Part shown: piece by piece, positions 37,702-50,484 of the stretch | How the letters are laid out: each line of letters begins with the position of its first letter | Position numbering within the stretch: position 1 is the first letter of the stretch | Origin: Octopus bimaculoides | Lineage: Eukaryota | Reading direction: 5' to 3' | Length of the DNA: 64,000 nucleotides | Assembly: GCF_001194135.2 (NCBI RefSeq) | Contig: NC_068981.1 | Span: 192,599,854 to 192,663,853, forward strand | Notes under the pieces: generated by a model | Database searches by the model: none | The model's input: the letters and a program-made list of their open reading frames with translations, nothing else | What the model was told of the DNA's origin: nothing | Made by a program: the position numbers and the translations under genes

Positions 37702-38208
37702 CTCGGGGTACTGGATTGATGCCCTGCCTGTGGCCAACATTGGGGGTCTACCCAGTCTAGATAAACTCCGCATCTCCATAGCACTCAAAGTGGGAACTGA
37801 CGTCTGTAGGAGACTGAAATGTTGCTGTAGTGGTTCTCTCGACCCCACAGGTCTTCACGGTCTGTCTTGCCACCTAAATGCCGTCGCTCCACTCGTCACA
37901 CCGAGTTAAACCTAATCATTAAGCGGGCCCTGGCTCAGATTAATATCCCCTCAGTTCTGGAGCTGTTGAGGTTATCCAGACACTAGCGTAGCTAGACTGT
38001 TTGCCGCCCCCTGACACCACAAAAAACACATATTGCCTACAGTGCCCCTTTAAAAGTGCAGCCCGGGGCGGACTGCCCTCACTGGCTACGCTTGTATATG
38101 CAGAAGTGATGGAAAGAGATCAGATGATCTTACCCTATGTCCCTGTGTTAGAGGTAGGTGCCTGATTTGGGGCGCTACAGTCTTCGACTCTTTTGCTCTC
38201 TCCCACAT
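37702..38208 (+). mobile_element. Inverted second copy of the CRE fragment
   Basis: Reverse complement of 37138-37528 with substitutions and a frameshift; WIDALPVANIG...LDPTGLHGLSC; interrupted by a MITE. Confidence 0.85.
37981..38096. mobile_element. 116-bp hAT-type MITE
   Basis: TIRs CACTAGCGTAGCTAG / CTGGCTACGCTTGTA (12/15 match); TSD TATCCAGA (37973-37980) / TATGCAGA (38097-38104). The empty site is visible in the other CRE arm. Confidence 0.8.
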
Positions 38209-40289
38209 AATTTTGAACATGTGTTGGTCGTCATCTGAACTTATCAAGGATGGAAAGTCTTCACCATACCAATGTAGTGAAGAAATAATCGTAACAGTCG
38301 TATATTTACCAGTGTAGGAAAATAGAATTAATTATATAATCCAGAGACGCCATCCACTTGGAAAAACACTGAAGTTGCTCTTAGTATATTCAATTCAAGA
38401 AGTAGAAAGCTAACTTGAAATATGCAACGAAGAAAACATAACTGGTCTTCCATTAAAACATATCACTTTCACATTGTCAAACTATAGCTGATATCAATTT
38501 GTGTGATGGCAAAACTGTCAGTAAAATATATTATGGAAACATTCCTTCTCTAAGGAGGAGTATAAATTTCTTTCCTGGGTCCCCGACCTGCTGCTGCAGG
38601 ATTGCATGCAAGCGGCAAGGTATCTGATCGGGGATGATTGATAATGAGGCTTAGCGCCTCAATTTAAGTTACTATAAGAGATTTATTACCTCATTTGTGT
38701 TTTTTGTTTAAAAAAAAAAGAAGAATGAAAAAAAGAACAGTGTTCTCGAGGGGCATCGATCGGCGGGCGTCGTTGCTCCTCTCATCAATATCATTATTTT
38801 GTTTATCATTTCATCTCATTTGTGTTACTGTCCAGCCCGCATTGCTTCTGCATCAATCTATGTACTGCTCTTGTGGCAAATCTCATGAAATAAAGAAGTT
38901 TGCTTCCCAACGATATGTTTCCGAGTTCAGTTCCATTGCGTGGCATCTTGGGCAAGCGTCTTTTACTAAATCCCGTGTCAAGGTATTTAGTAGATGGAAG
39001 CCTGTCGTGTGTGTGTGTGTGTATCTTTGTACAACTTGACAACCGGTGTTGGTATATTTACGTCCACGCAACTTAGCGATCGTATAAGTACCAGACTTCA
39101 AATAAATAAATAAATAAATAAAATATAAGTACTGGGGTTGATTCGTTTGACTATAAAATTCTTCAGGACGTTGCCCCAGCATGGCCGCAGTCTAATGACA
39201 GAGCCAACTAAAAGATAAAAGACTCCCCCGCCCCACCAAAACAACAAAATTATTTCTGCAGAGGAATTTGTTTTTTGTTTTTTTTGTTTCTGTCATTCTG
39301 AGGTCAGCTCGGTTGTCCTAGGGAATATTTTTGGGTGAATTTAGAATTATTTTTCATGTTCTTTACGTTGTCATCGAATTTTTTGGTGTTGTTCATTTTT
39401 ATAAGGTAAACAACAGCAGCGAAATATAATTCAATTGGTGTCCCAGAATATCCGCAGTCCAAATGCTTGAAAAACCAAATAACGAAAAATACCCCCGCCC
39501 TCCCCTCCCCCAAAATTCGACAACTAAAATAAACAACGCAAATGTATCATCAACAACAAAAACAAAATAAAAATAAACAACACATTCTGTAATTACATCC
39601 AAAATATCATCTGAAACAAACAGCATTGCATCTAAAATAAAATTGTTTTGCGGTCACTCAAAGAATCTAGTACCATCTACTGTTTGACAAAGTAAAAGTG
39701 GTACTTTATAATCAAGAGCAACTCCAAAAAAGCCTGTTTAAGTAAAAGGCAAGGTGTTCATGTTTGGCAATATTTTATCAGTGTCCTGTATTCGGTCTGA
39801 CTTAGGGTTGAAGAACAGGAAAACAAGAATTGGTTTGGAAGGGAGATAACTGCGTTGAATTTTTTTTTTTTTTTTTCGTAAAGTAATTTAAATTTTACTT
39901 TTATACAATAGATTTTGCTGATATTAATTTTATTATCAATTGCTTCAATTTCTTAATCCTTGTGGTTAATAAAGGAAGCATAAATATTACTATTATAATC
40001 TGGAAAGGTGGGCACAAAATTTATCAATAAATGCGTGAGCATAATATTATAAAAAATTATCTCTTATTTTGGTCCTTAAATGATCTGGTAACTTGGAGCC
40101 TGAATGATAAATTTTACCACATTATTACGATGACGAAACCAAAGTATAGATAACTATCTTCTGTGTCGAAATAATAATTTTTTCTTTCTTTTCGTTAGTA
40201 TCCTTTTTAAAACATTTTTTATATGCAATTCCACAGTGTATCTTCTTTGATCTTCTTGTCAACTCTTGTGATTAATAAAGTATTCAGAA

Positions 40290-40720
40290 TCGTTAGAGCG
40301 TCGGGAAAATGCCTTCCTACATTTGATCCGGTTCTTGAAGTCTGAGTTCAGATTCCACCGAGGTCAACTTTGCCTTTCATCCTTTCGGGGTCGATAAAAT
40401 AAAGTACCAGTTAAGCACAGAGGTCGATGTAATCGACTTACCCCACCCCACCCTAAAAACTGCTGGCGTTGTAGCTAAATCAGAGATAGTTATTAAGGTG
40501 GTGAACTGGTAGAATCTTTAATGCGTCGAACAAAATGCTCAGCAACATTTCTTCCGACTCTTTATGTTCTGAGTTCACATTCCGCCGAGGTCAATTTTGC
40601 CTTTCATTTTTTTCGGGGTCGATATATGGAAGTAACACTCAAGCACTGGAATCGATGTAATCGACTAGCCCCCTCCCCTAAAATTGCCGGTCTTGTGCCA
40701 AAATTTAAAGAATTATTATT
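40290..40720 (+). mobile_element. Two tandem family-B SINEs upstream of MAF1
   Basis: Both carry the B-box-like GAGTTCA.ATTCC and the central CCTTTCGGGGTCGATA domain. Confidence 0.8.
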
Positions 40721-41199
40721 ATTCTCGTCTAGGGACCTTCAATTCCAAGAATTCCTAACCAGTGACATAGTTTCCATATAAGGACCTTAAAGAAATTGTC
40801 CAAATACAAAGCATCTTCGATTTACGATTTTGTACTTCGAAAAATTTTAATACGAAATATAATATTCTTCTTTGGTGTTGAATTTAATTTGGTTTTGCAT
40901 GTGTTTCTAGTTTGAAACAAATATGAGTAATAAATCTAGTTATTCAACGAAATATATGAGCAACATCATTTTTTTGTTTGGAAAAATCTCAAGTATTTTC
41001 ACTTTTACTTTATTATTTTGTAATTAATACATTAGGTATGTAAGCTCTAATTCGGAAGTATTTTGTGTTTAATTAGTAAGGATATATATATACATATATA
41101 ATTATATAAAATGTTCCTTATAGGTGTAAATTATTATCATAACGAACAATATTCAATTAACTTAATTCATTAATATAGCATAATCGGTTAAAGCAGAAA

Positions 41200-41335
41200 A
41201 AGAAAGAAAAACAAGAAACGGGAAATAACGGAAAATAACGGGATCGAACGATTCTAGTTTTGTTTTCATTGTAAAGGCGACACTAGGAATTCTGGGTAAT
41301 ATTAATCTGTTCACTCTAATGGCGGTGTAACCGTC
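41200..41335 (+). promoter_or_regulatory. Putative MAF1 promoter / 5' UTR exon region
   Basis: CpG-containing, repeat-free stretch with AACGG(G/A)AAATAACGG repeats (ETS-like CGGAA) and AATGGCGG (YY1-like). The ATG exon has an acceptor at 42044, so a non-coding first exon must lie upstream. TSS not determined. Confidence 0.35.
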
Positions 41336-42053
41336 TTTGCAAGTTTAAGTTGTGGCTTTCTTAACGACTGTTATTTGGAAATAGCTTGAAGTATATGGTT
41401 TCTGTTTGATCAAGGGACAACCTCTGAAACTGCTACTATATATATGTGTGTATATTGACTGTAGTTTCTGAGAGTAGTTTTCTGCCAGACAAGATAATTC
41501 CAGCAAGTGTTCTGTTTATATTTTGTAAGTGACATTCTGTGGAATCTACCAACATCAATCACTGATCTATCTGCTCCACCATTTCAATATAATAATATTT
41601 TTATTTTCAACCTGTTTGTCGATCATGCTATTGTTGAACACACAACTTCACTCACTCATGTCATCTTTATCACGGCATCCTTCTTGCTCTGTTTACGATA
41701 AACAAAAACTCACGAAAATTGCAACACTTCGGCGAGCATTTTCTGAAAATCAATCTAGTTGTGTAAACACCATAAGTATATGTTATTGAAGTTTAAATAA
41801 GGAACATTACAGACTATATATTTTCTTTTGGAAATCTCAGTTATAACAGCAAAACTGCCATATTCTGCCACTTCTCATCAACAGTATCATAGCATTTTTC
41901 ACTTGTTTGGCGCCACTAAACAACAATCTCTCTCTCTATATACATCGCAGATATTTTCATCGACGTCTTTATCGCTGGATTAATTTCTGTTTAAATCTGC
42001 TCTCGTTACATAACGTATAAATAAAACCGGATTTTACTAAACAGTAATTCAAC

Positions 42054-42136
42054 ATGAAGCTTTTGGATAATTCCAAATTTGAGGCGATCACTTCCAAACT
42101 GTCGATGACCCAGGAGAATTGTCAAATAGATGGAAG
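42054..42136 (+). CDS. MAF1: MAF1 repressor of RNA polymerase III, coding exon 1 of 7 (MKLLDNSKFEAITSKLSMTQENCQIDGR)
   Basis: Matches the MAF1 N-terminus MKLL.NS.FEAI.S.L; 83 nt to a GTAAGT donor (phase 2); upstream acceptor tactaaacAG at 42044. Confidence 0.96.
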
Positions 42137-43067
42137 GTAAGTTTGTTGTGTCTCTACATATTTAACTTCTTGTATGGCTGTTTGTTTGTAACGTTTTGTA
42201 CTTTAAGAACCAGAGTATTCTGTTAGTATGTGACTATGGAAACAATTAACTACAGCTTTCAATGGAATTTCATTTAGTTTTGATAGAAGAAGACGGAATT
42301 GGGGTCTAAGGAGTGAACATGAAATAACTTGAATAATCGAATCTAATTTTAGATTCAGTTTTATAGGAAAGAGGTGTGTATACGTGTAAGCATATTTATA
42401 TGTATGTATATATAAGCTATCCATCATTGCTATACGAAAACAATAATAGTTACGACAGCTACAGCAACTCCTCTTTTTTCGATGTAAAAACTCGAGTAAA
42501 CATCAAACTTGTTTATAAATACAACCTTCATGACCCACTTAAACAAACTATAAGAAAAACAGAAAATGTAACACTAAATTTAATAAAACAGAAATATTAC
42601 AAAATACATAAAATATAACAAAACACGTCCAGTATATTAATTTGTTGCCTCCTTCACATTCATAGAAGAAAGAGGTAAAAAAAATAGAGATGTTGAGGTG
42701 TTCATACTTTATCAAAGACATTACCAATGTATGATGACTCATTTAAAACCATGGAAATATAACGATATTTTTACATTCTGTTTCAGTGAGTTAACTTGAA
42801 AGAATTAACATTTAATTATCTCTGACTAATGAAGCGAATGTTAAGATAGTTTTGTTTTTTTCCCCCTCTCTCCTTCTGTCGTTTTATTTCTTATGGAAAC
42901 TGGATTTTAATCCTTCAGATATATGTTGAATGGTATAGCCTAATGTATTTTGTGTTGTGCTATAGATTGGATTTGTTATTATTTTGTGTGTTTAATGGAT
43001 CGTCGGGGTATGGTGTCATTTATAAAACGGAGTTTTTACAAAAATGTTTGCCTAAATAATAATTATT

Positions 43068-44345
43068 TCTACTAAAGGCACAAGGCCTGAAATTTGGGGG
43101 AGGGGACAAATCGATTACATCGAACCCCAGTGCTCTACTGCTACTTATTTTATCGACCGCGAAAGATGAAAGGCGAAGTCGACCGCAACGGAGTTTGAAC
43201 TCAGATCGTAAAGACTAAGTGCCTCTAAGCGGTGTACTAACTCTCCTGCCAGCTCGCCGCCTTAATAATAATAATAATAATAATAATAATCCTTTCTACT
43301 AATAGGCACAAGGCCTGTAATTTCGGGGGGGGGGTATAAGTCGATTACATCGACTCCCAGTAATCAACTGTTACTTATTCCGCGGCGGAATTTGAACTCA
43401 GAACGTAAATCGGACGAAATGCCCTAAGCATTTTGTTCGGCATTCTAACGGCTCTGCCAGCTCGAATAATTGTAATAATAATTTCAAATTTTAGCACAAG
43501 GCCAGCAATATCGTGGAAAGGGATAAGTCAATTACACCGACCTCAGTGTTCAACTGGTACTTGTTTTATCGACCCCGAAAAGATGAAAGGCAAAGTCGAT
43601 CTCGGTGGAATTTGAACTCAACGTAAAGACGGACGAAATGCTGCTTAGCATTTGGTTCGGCGTGCTAACGATTCTGCCAGCACGCCGCCTTAATAACAAC
43701 AAATAACAATAATAATAAAACGAGTTGTTGCTGTTGCTTGTCTGTTATTATTTCCTTTGCTCGATTTATCCATTTATGCCCTACCATGGCTAGCTAATAC
43801 ATACATACATGCATAGCTTTGGTTGAACGAACAAACCAGGTATTTGCAATTCTGTACATGAATACATGTATTATATATGTACATACACACGTATATATTC
43901 TTTTTAATCGGGAGACACAAATTATCAAGTGCCATGCACGAAACTTGAGTCACTTTTGTAACTTTCAACCGAAACAAATAATACGCGCACAACATTTTAC
44001 AAAATACCTCTAAGAAAGGCATGAACAGCACAACTATTCTTAATACATGCCATAACGCTTTGGATTTCATTGAAACGGTCAAGGAACTTTCTCTTTGGAA
44101 TAGCTATCCTTCCATATTTTATTGCTCACAGGGGGCTAAACATAGAGGGGACAAACAAGGATAGACAAGGGGATTAAGTCGGTTACATCGATCCCCAGTG
44201 CGTAACTGGTACTTAATTTATCGACCCCGAAAGGATGAAAGGCAAAGTCGACCTCGGCGGAATTTGAACTCAGAACGGAACGGCAGACGAAATACCGCTA
44301 AGCATTTCGCCCGGCGTGCTAACGTTTCTGCCAGCTCGCCGCCTT
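43068..44345 (-). mobile_element. Cluster of four CpG-rich family-B SINEs, antisense in MAF1 intron 1 (43068-43262, 43295-43460, 43480-43692, 44118-44345)
   Basis: Near-consensus copies with A-box-like TGGCAGAA(A/T)CG and B-box-like GAGTTCAAATTCC; the second copy is internally deleted. Confidence 0.88.
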
Positions 44346-44480
44346 TTTATGTCTACTATTTTTGTTCCATTCAACAGAAATTTCGATTCTGTGAAAGGTT
44401 TTCCAAGCATTTCGATTTCATGCACCTGTACCCCTTCCCTGCACACTTCCTATACCCTTGTCCTTTCCTCTGAGATTATT

Positions 44481-45440
44481 NNNNNNNNNNNNNNNNNNNN
44501 NNNNNNNNNNNNNNNNNNNNNNNNNNNNNNNNNNNNNNNNNNNNNNNNNNNNNNNNNNNNNNNNNNNNNNNNNNNNNNNNNNNNNNNNNNNNNNNNNNNN
44601 NNNNNNNNNNNNNNNNNNNNNNNNNNNNNNNNNNNNNNNNNNNNNNNNNNNNNNNNNNNNNNNNNNNNNNNNNNNNNNNNNNNNNNNNNNNNNNNNNNNN
44701 NNNNNNNNNNNNNNNNNNNNNNNNNNNNNNNNNNNNNNNNNNNNNNNNNNNNNNNNNNNNNNNNNNNNNNNNNNNNNNNNNNNNNNNNNNNNNNNNNNNN
44801 NNNNNNNNNNNNNNNNNNNNNNNNNNNNNNNNNNNNNNNNNNNNNNNNNNNNNNNNNNNNNNNNNNNNNNNNNNNNNNNNNNNNNNNNNNNNNNNNNNNN
44901 NNNNNNNNNNNNNNNNNNNNNNNNNNNNNNNNNNNNNNNNNNNNNNNNNNNNNNNNNNNNNNNNNNNNNNNNNNNNNNNNNNNNNNNNNNNNNNNNNNNN
45001 NNNNNNNNNNNNNNNNNNNNNNNNNNNNNNNNNNNNNNNNNNNNNNNNNNNNNNNNNNNNNNNNNNNNNNNNNNNNNNNNNNNNNNNNNNNNNNNNNNNN
45101 NNNNNNNNNNNNNNNNNNNNNNNNNNNNNNNNNNNNNNNNNNNNNNNNNNNNNNNNNNNNNNNNNNNNNNNNNNNNNNNNNNNNNNNNNNNNNNNNNNNN
45201 NNNNNNNNNNNNNNNNNNNNNNNNNNNNNNNNNNNNNNNNNNNNNNNNNNNNNNNNNNNNNNNNNNNNNNNNNNNNNNNNNNNNNNNNNNNNNNNNNNNN
45301 NNNNNNNNNNNNNNNNNNNNNNNNNNNNNNNNNNNNNNNNNNNNNNNNNNNNNNNNNNNNNNNNNNNNNNNNNNNNNNNNNNNNNNNNNNNNNNNNNNNN
45401 NNNNNNNNNNNNNNNNNNNNNNNNNNNNNNNNNNNNNNNC
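44481..45440. other. Assembly gap (N run)
   Basis: Run of N. Confidence 1.
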
Positions 45441-46994
45441 AATTATGTGTTCGTGTTTACATCAAAAACTTGACATTTGTTGCCAGATTTTGTAACTGAT
45501 GATATTTACTAATGCATACTGGTCTTTATCATTGTTGAAGACGACATACGATAATGATGAACATGTTCTAGTGTGTGTATGTGTTGTGCTCACGAATCTG
45601 AGTTGGCTTTTAGCCCTAGGTCGCCATGATCGAGCAGAACTATGACACGCAGGTGACCGGTTAAAATAAAACATTTTCCCGCCTAGTTGAATATCACAAA
45701 GGATAGGTTTATTTTATGGCGATACGGAGTGGGGCAATGTAGCAATCTGGACATGTCGCCTACTTGGCTGTCCCACTGACCACTCTGTTCCTGTTATGTC
45801 TGTAGATTCTGCTTTTGGTCAGAGAGGAGGTGGGTAGGGGGGACGCCATAGTGACATGACAGTTGTTCTTTTGGGTCTATGTTGTAGTGGGAACTAGTCT
45901 AATTGAGGTTATTAACAACTGCTGTTATATTCGTGTGTGTGTATAGTTTAATTGTTTATCTTTTACTTGCTTCAGTCATTCGACTGTGGCCATGATGGGG
46001 CACCACCTTGCAGAATTTTAATCAAACGGAAACACCTCCGTACTTCCTTTTTCTAAGCCTGGTCTCTGTTTGGCAAAAGAGACCGATAGAACAAGTACCA
46101 AGGCTTAAAAAAAGCACTGGCTTCGACTAAAATTTTTGAAGGCGATGCCCCAGCATGGCCATAGTCTAATGTTTGAAACAAGTAAAAGATAAGGATGTGC
46201 TCGATCTTAGCTGACCTTGTGTTAAACAACAGCAGAGGGACTTGATCATTGAGAATAAATGTCTTTCCCACGTGCAATTTTTAATTTCAGCTTTAAAAAA
46301 TTATTAGATTCAATTCCCAAACCACAACATTTGGTTCTAACATGTGTGCATGCATGTATGTGCACACACGCACAGTGTCTTGCCCATCTCTAAACATATC
46401 CCTTCACACTCTCATTAAACATTCCCCTATATCCCCTCTGTACTTCTTATACCCATTCCTCACTGTTTACTGTTGGTAGACCCCAATCTCCAACACCATC
46501 TCTCTCTCTCTCTCTCACTGACTTTCAGTCTTTCTCCCTAAACCTCTCCCACTTTCCTTCTCCTTCTGGGGTAGCCAAGTATCTCTTCTATAGTAAGACA
46601 ACTATCTCTATCTCTCTATCATACTCTAACCCCTTACCTGACACACAGCCACTTCTCTCAGTTCCATTCCCTCACTCTACTTAGAGGATGATGATGATCA
46701 TCATCATTTAGTGTCCATTGTCCATACTGGCATGGGTTGGATGGTTTGACCAGAGCTGACAAGCTGGAAGGCTGCACCACACTCCATTCTGATTTGGTAT
46801 GGTTTTCTATGGCTGGATGCCCTTCCTAACACCAACCACTCTGAGAGTGTAATGGGTGTTTTTATGTGCCACCGACAAGGATGCCATTTGTGTGACACCA
46901 GTATCTGTCATGACTGTGATTTTACTTGGCTTGATGAGTTTTCTTCTCAAGCATGACTTAATGTCAATGGTTTAGGTCATTGCCTCCATTAGGG

Positions 46995-47117
46995 AGGGAG
47001 GGATGGATGGATGGATGGATGGATAGATAGATAGGTAGACTGACTGACAGACAGCCAGATCAACAGATAGGTATCAATATAATGATATATTATATATATG
47101 TTTGTGTGTGTGTTTTT

Positions 47118-47180
<63 letters not shown>
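46995..47180. repeat. Compound microsatellite (GGAT)n/(GATA)n and (TA)n next to a gap
   Basis: Visible directly. Other microsatellites: (TAA)n 7725-7780, (TA)n 18538-18570 and 23895-23990, (GTA)n 56705-56740, (GAT)n at RTE tails. Confidence 0.95.
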
Positions 47181-47503
47181 NNNNNNNNNNNNNNNNNNNN
47201 NNNNNNNNNNNNNNNNNNNNNNNNNNNNNNNNNNNNNNNNNNNNNNNNNNNNNNNNNNNNNNNNNNNNNNNNNNNNNNNNNNNNNNNNNNNNNNNNNNNN
47301 NNNNNNNNNNNNNNNNNNNNNNNNNNNNNNNNNNNNNNNNNNNNNNNNNNNNNNNNNNNNNNNNNNNNNNNNNNNNNNNNNNNNNNNNNNNNNNNNNNNN
47401 NNNNNNNNNNNNNNNNNNNNNNNNNNNNNNNNNNNNNNNNNNNNNNNNNNNNNNNNNNNNNNNNNNNNNNNNNNNNNNNNNNNNNNNNNNNNNNNNNNNN
47501 NNN
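47181..47503. other. Assembly gap (N run)
   Basis: Run of N. Confidence 1.
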
Positions 47504-47870
47504 GCAAGCAAGAAAAAAACTCGAAAAAACAACGCGAGGACGTGGAATAAGTACAGTGTTATTGGACGCTCAGGAAAGGAAAGAAAAGAAAGAGGATTTC
47601 AAGTTTCAAGCGGAGCTCTTCATCAGAAATATAGAAAAAGTCCAAAGAATGGAAGACGGAGAAAGAAAATTACCAACGATACACACGCGGTCACATATTG
47701 AAATGTGTATATATAGATTTATGTATATAGGAATTTACAAAAGCAAAAGCGAAGACAGGTGTGTAAACAACAAACAGATGTATTAGTTTAATGCTTGGAA
47801 AGTGAGAAAGTCATTTACGTTTTGAGCCTACGCTCTTCAACTGAAAGGAACACAGAAATAAGCAATTGGG
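47504..47870 (-). mobile_element. Penelope-type terminal region with two hammerhead-like cores
   Basis: Minus strand: TTCTGATGAAGAGCTCCGCTTGAAACTT (47601-47628) and TTTCAGTTGAAGAGCGTAGGCTCAAAACGTAA (47814-47846). Confidence 0.55.
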
Positions 47871-49897
47871 AGATGAAATGGATGAGAATCATACATGTAC
47901 CTCTATTTCATCCATTTCATCTACCAATTACTCCGTCCAACACATGCCAGCATTGATTATATTGGTGATGATGACAACAAGTAATTTCTATCAGGAATTC
48001 ATTCTTTAAAAAATCCTAACTTCCTAAAAGGAAAAACAGATTGGAACTGTTGTCTTGTTGTAGAGAAGATATACTCTTTTACTTGTTTCAGTCATTTGAG
48101 CACTGCCTTTTTAGTCAAGCAAATCGACCCTAGGACTTATTCTTCGTAAGCCTAGTACTTATTCCAATGGTCTCTTTTGCCAAACCACTAAGTTATGGGG
48201 ATATGAACACACCAGCATCGGCTGTCAAGCGATGTTGGGGGAACATACACAGACACACAAACAGATACACACATACATATATATATATATATATACATAT
48301 ATACGACGGGCTTCTTTCAGTTTCCATCTACCAAATCCACTTACAAGGCTTTGGTCGGCCCGAGGCTATAGTAGAAGACACTTGCCCAAGGTGCCACGCA
48401 GTGGGACTGAACCTGGGACCATGTGGTTGGTAAGCAAGCTACTTACCACACAGCCACTCCTATGCCTACATATGGATCATTTGATATTTTATCGTTGTCT
48501 TGTAAAGATGAGAACTGTCTCATTGGATAGACTGTGAAATAGCTGTACCAACAACCTCTATGTGGTCACTTGACCTGCTAGAAATCCAAATTTTCCTCAT
48601 TTCACATCAAACCATTTTTTAAAAGAGAAAAAAGTGGGGAATGGCATATTAGATAGTCTTAATTACTCCTTATGGTCATGGCTGGATGCCTTTTAATCAT
48701 TAGTTTGCAGCTTCACTGGGCTGGCTGACCTATGAGCTTACAAGATAGGTTTATATTTATAACTGTGTTATCAGTAAACATGTGACCTAAATTTCAGTTA
48801 GAACATTTTTTAATTTTTTTTTTATTTAAGCTAAGTAAAGCCTCAGACTCCATTCAATGACAATAAAGTTGATTGTAAGAATATTTTTGAGTTTTTTCTG
48901 TCTGATTCAAGAGTTTGTTTATGTTACTTGTTCACTAACTAATGCTCTTCAAATAGCTAAATATTGATAAACTTCTGCAGTAGAATCACTTTGAAATATA
49001 TAATTTCTTCTTCATCATCATCATCATCACTGTCTTTTAACGTCCGTTTTCCATGCTGGCATGGGTTGGATGGTTTGATAGGTACATGAAAGCAGGAGAG
49101 CTGCACCAGGCTCCAATTGTTTGTTTTGGCATGGCTGGATGCCCTTCTTAATGTCAACCACTTTACAGAGTGTACTGGGTGCTTTTTACTTGGCACCAGC
49201 ATGGGTGCTTTTTATATTACACCGTCACCAGTGGGGTTGCCAATTTGTGTATAAAAATGCAATTTGTATATAATTGGTTTTAGGTCTATAGAATAAGTGT
49301 GCTGATTGACTAAAGCTTTTCTTTTATTAGTCTGAGTATAGTAGTCAGTACTCTTCTATGCTGAGGCTTTAATATTTATTTGTATTGGTTTGGTTTTCAC
49401 TGCACTAAGAGATAACATTTTTTAAACAATATTCTTAATATGTTCCAACAGATCTAAGCTGTTCATTTTCAAGTCTGCTGGAATATATTACAAATAAATA
49501 TGCATGTCATTGTTTTGATTCTTACTGTTCACCATGGATATGAGGATTTATTAGCACTTGGCAGATATCAACAAATAATTTGTTTGCTGAAATTATAAAC
49601 AAGAGCCATGAACTCTTGTTTGATTCATTAGTCCAGAGTGCTTTTACTAATGAGACACAATGATATCAAAACATCGGATGTCCCAAGGTCTCCTTACGCT
49701 AATGAATCAAGTATGTTAGTGACATGCATTTGTCTCAAATGAGTTGTCCAATGATAAAACACAACAGCAGTTCACATATTCATGTTTGAACCTGTTGGAA
49801 CATATTAAGAATAAATATACACGCCATTGTTTTGCTTCTCCCTGTTCACATTGTATATGATGACTTATTATTATTTTTTTCCCTTCTATTCTTTCAG

Positions 49898-50035
49898 GTT
49901 GGAAAGTTACTCGTGTAAGATGGCTGGAAGTGATAAAAGATTATTTAAAGCAATTAGCACTGATGGTGGTTTCTCTCCAAATGACTTACAAGCATTATCC
50001 CCGCCACAGGGTCTAATTTCACAGAGCCCAAACCA
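49898..50035 (+). CDS. MAF1: MAF1 exon 2 ([17 protein letters not shown]...[17 protein letters not shown])
   Basis: CTTTCAG acceptor and GTAAGT donor; 138 nt, phase 2/2; ESYSCKMAG motif and ALSPPQ. Confidence 0.97.
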
Positions 50036-50223
50036 GTAAGTTGACTTCTGTTGAATATTGTAATCAACTGCCTGTTATAATTTGCTCTTTGAAAATAATT
50101 GCTGTTGGTTTAATACTTGATATGTTGACATAGGTTGAGTATGTTGTCATTTGTCATGGTGTATTGTGGTTCAGTTCTAGTGCACAGCATCTTGGACAAG
50201 TGTCTTCTATTATAAGTGATACA

Positions 50224-50484
50224 CAGTGACGGACTGGGTCTAAAAATATTGGTTGCCAGGAGACTAAGGGGGCCCACCTGCAGCTACAGTGCTATCATTT
50301 AATTTTTTTTGAAAGTATTCTTTTCAACTGACTACAAACACAGGCTGAAATAATTAATGCATTCTTCCAGCAGTGAATAAAAAATTCTCAAACTTGAGGG
50401 GATGGGCCCCCCATATATGGATTCTAATGGAGCAGGGGCCCACTTGCCATCGGCCCTGCTGACATCCTGGCCAGTCCACCACTG
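50224..50484. mobile_element. 261-bp hAT-type MITE in MAF1 intron 2
   Basis: TIRs CAGTGACGGACTGG / CCAGTCCACCACTG (12/14 match); perfect 8-bp TSD GTGATACA (50216-50223, 50485-50492). Confidence 0.9.

Noticed and set aside
921-47786. Long ORF-track entries composed of X (921-1463, 4220-5071, 44316-45495, 46989-47786)
   Set aside because: Artefacts of translating through N gaps and (TA)n microsatellites.
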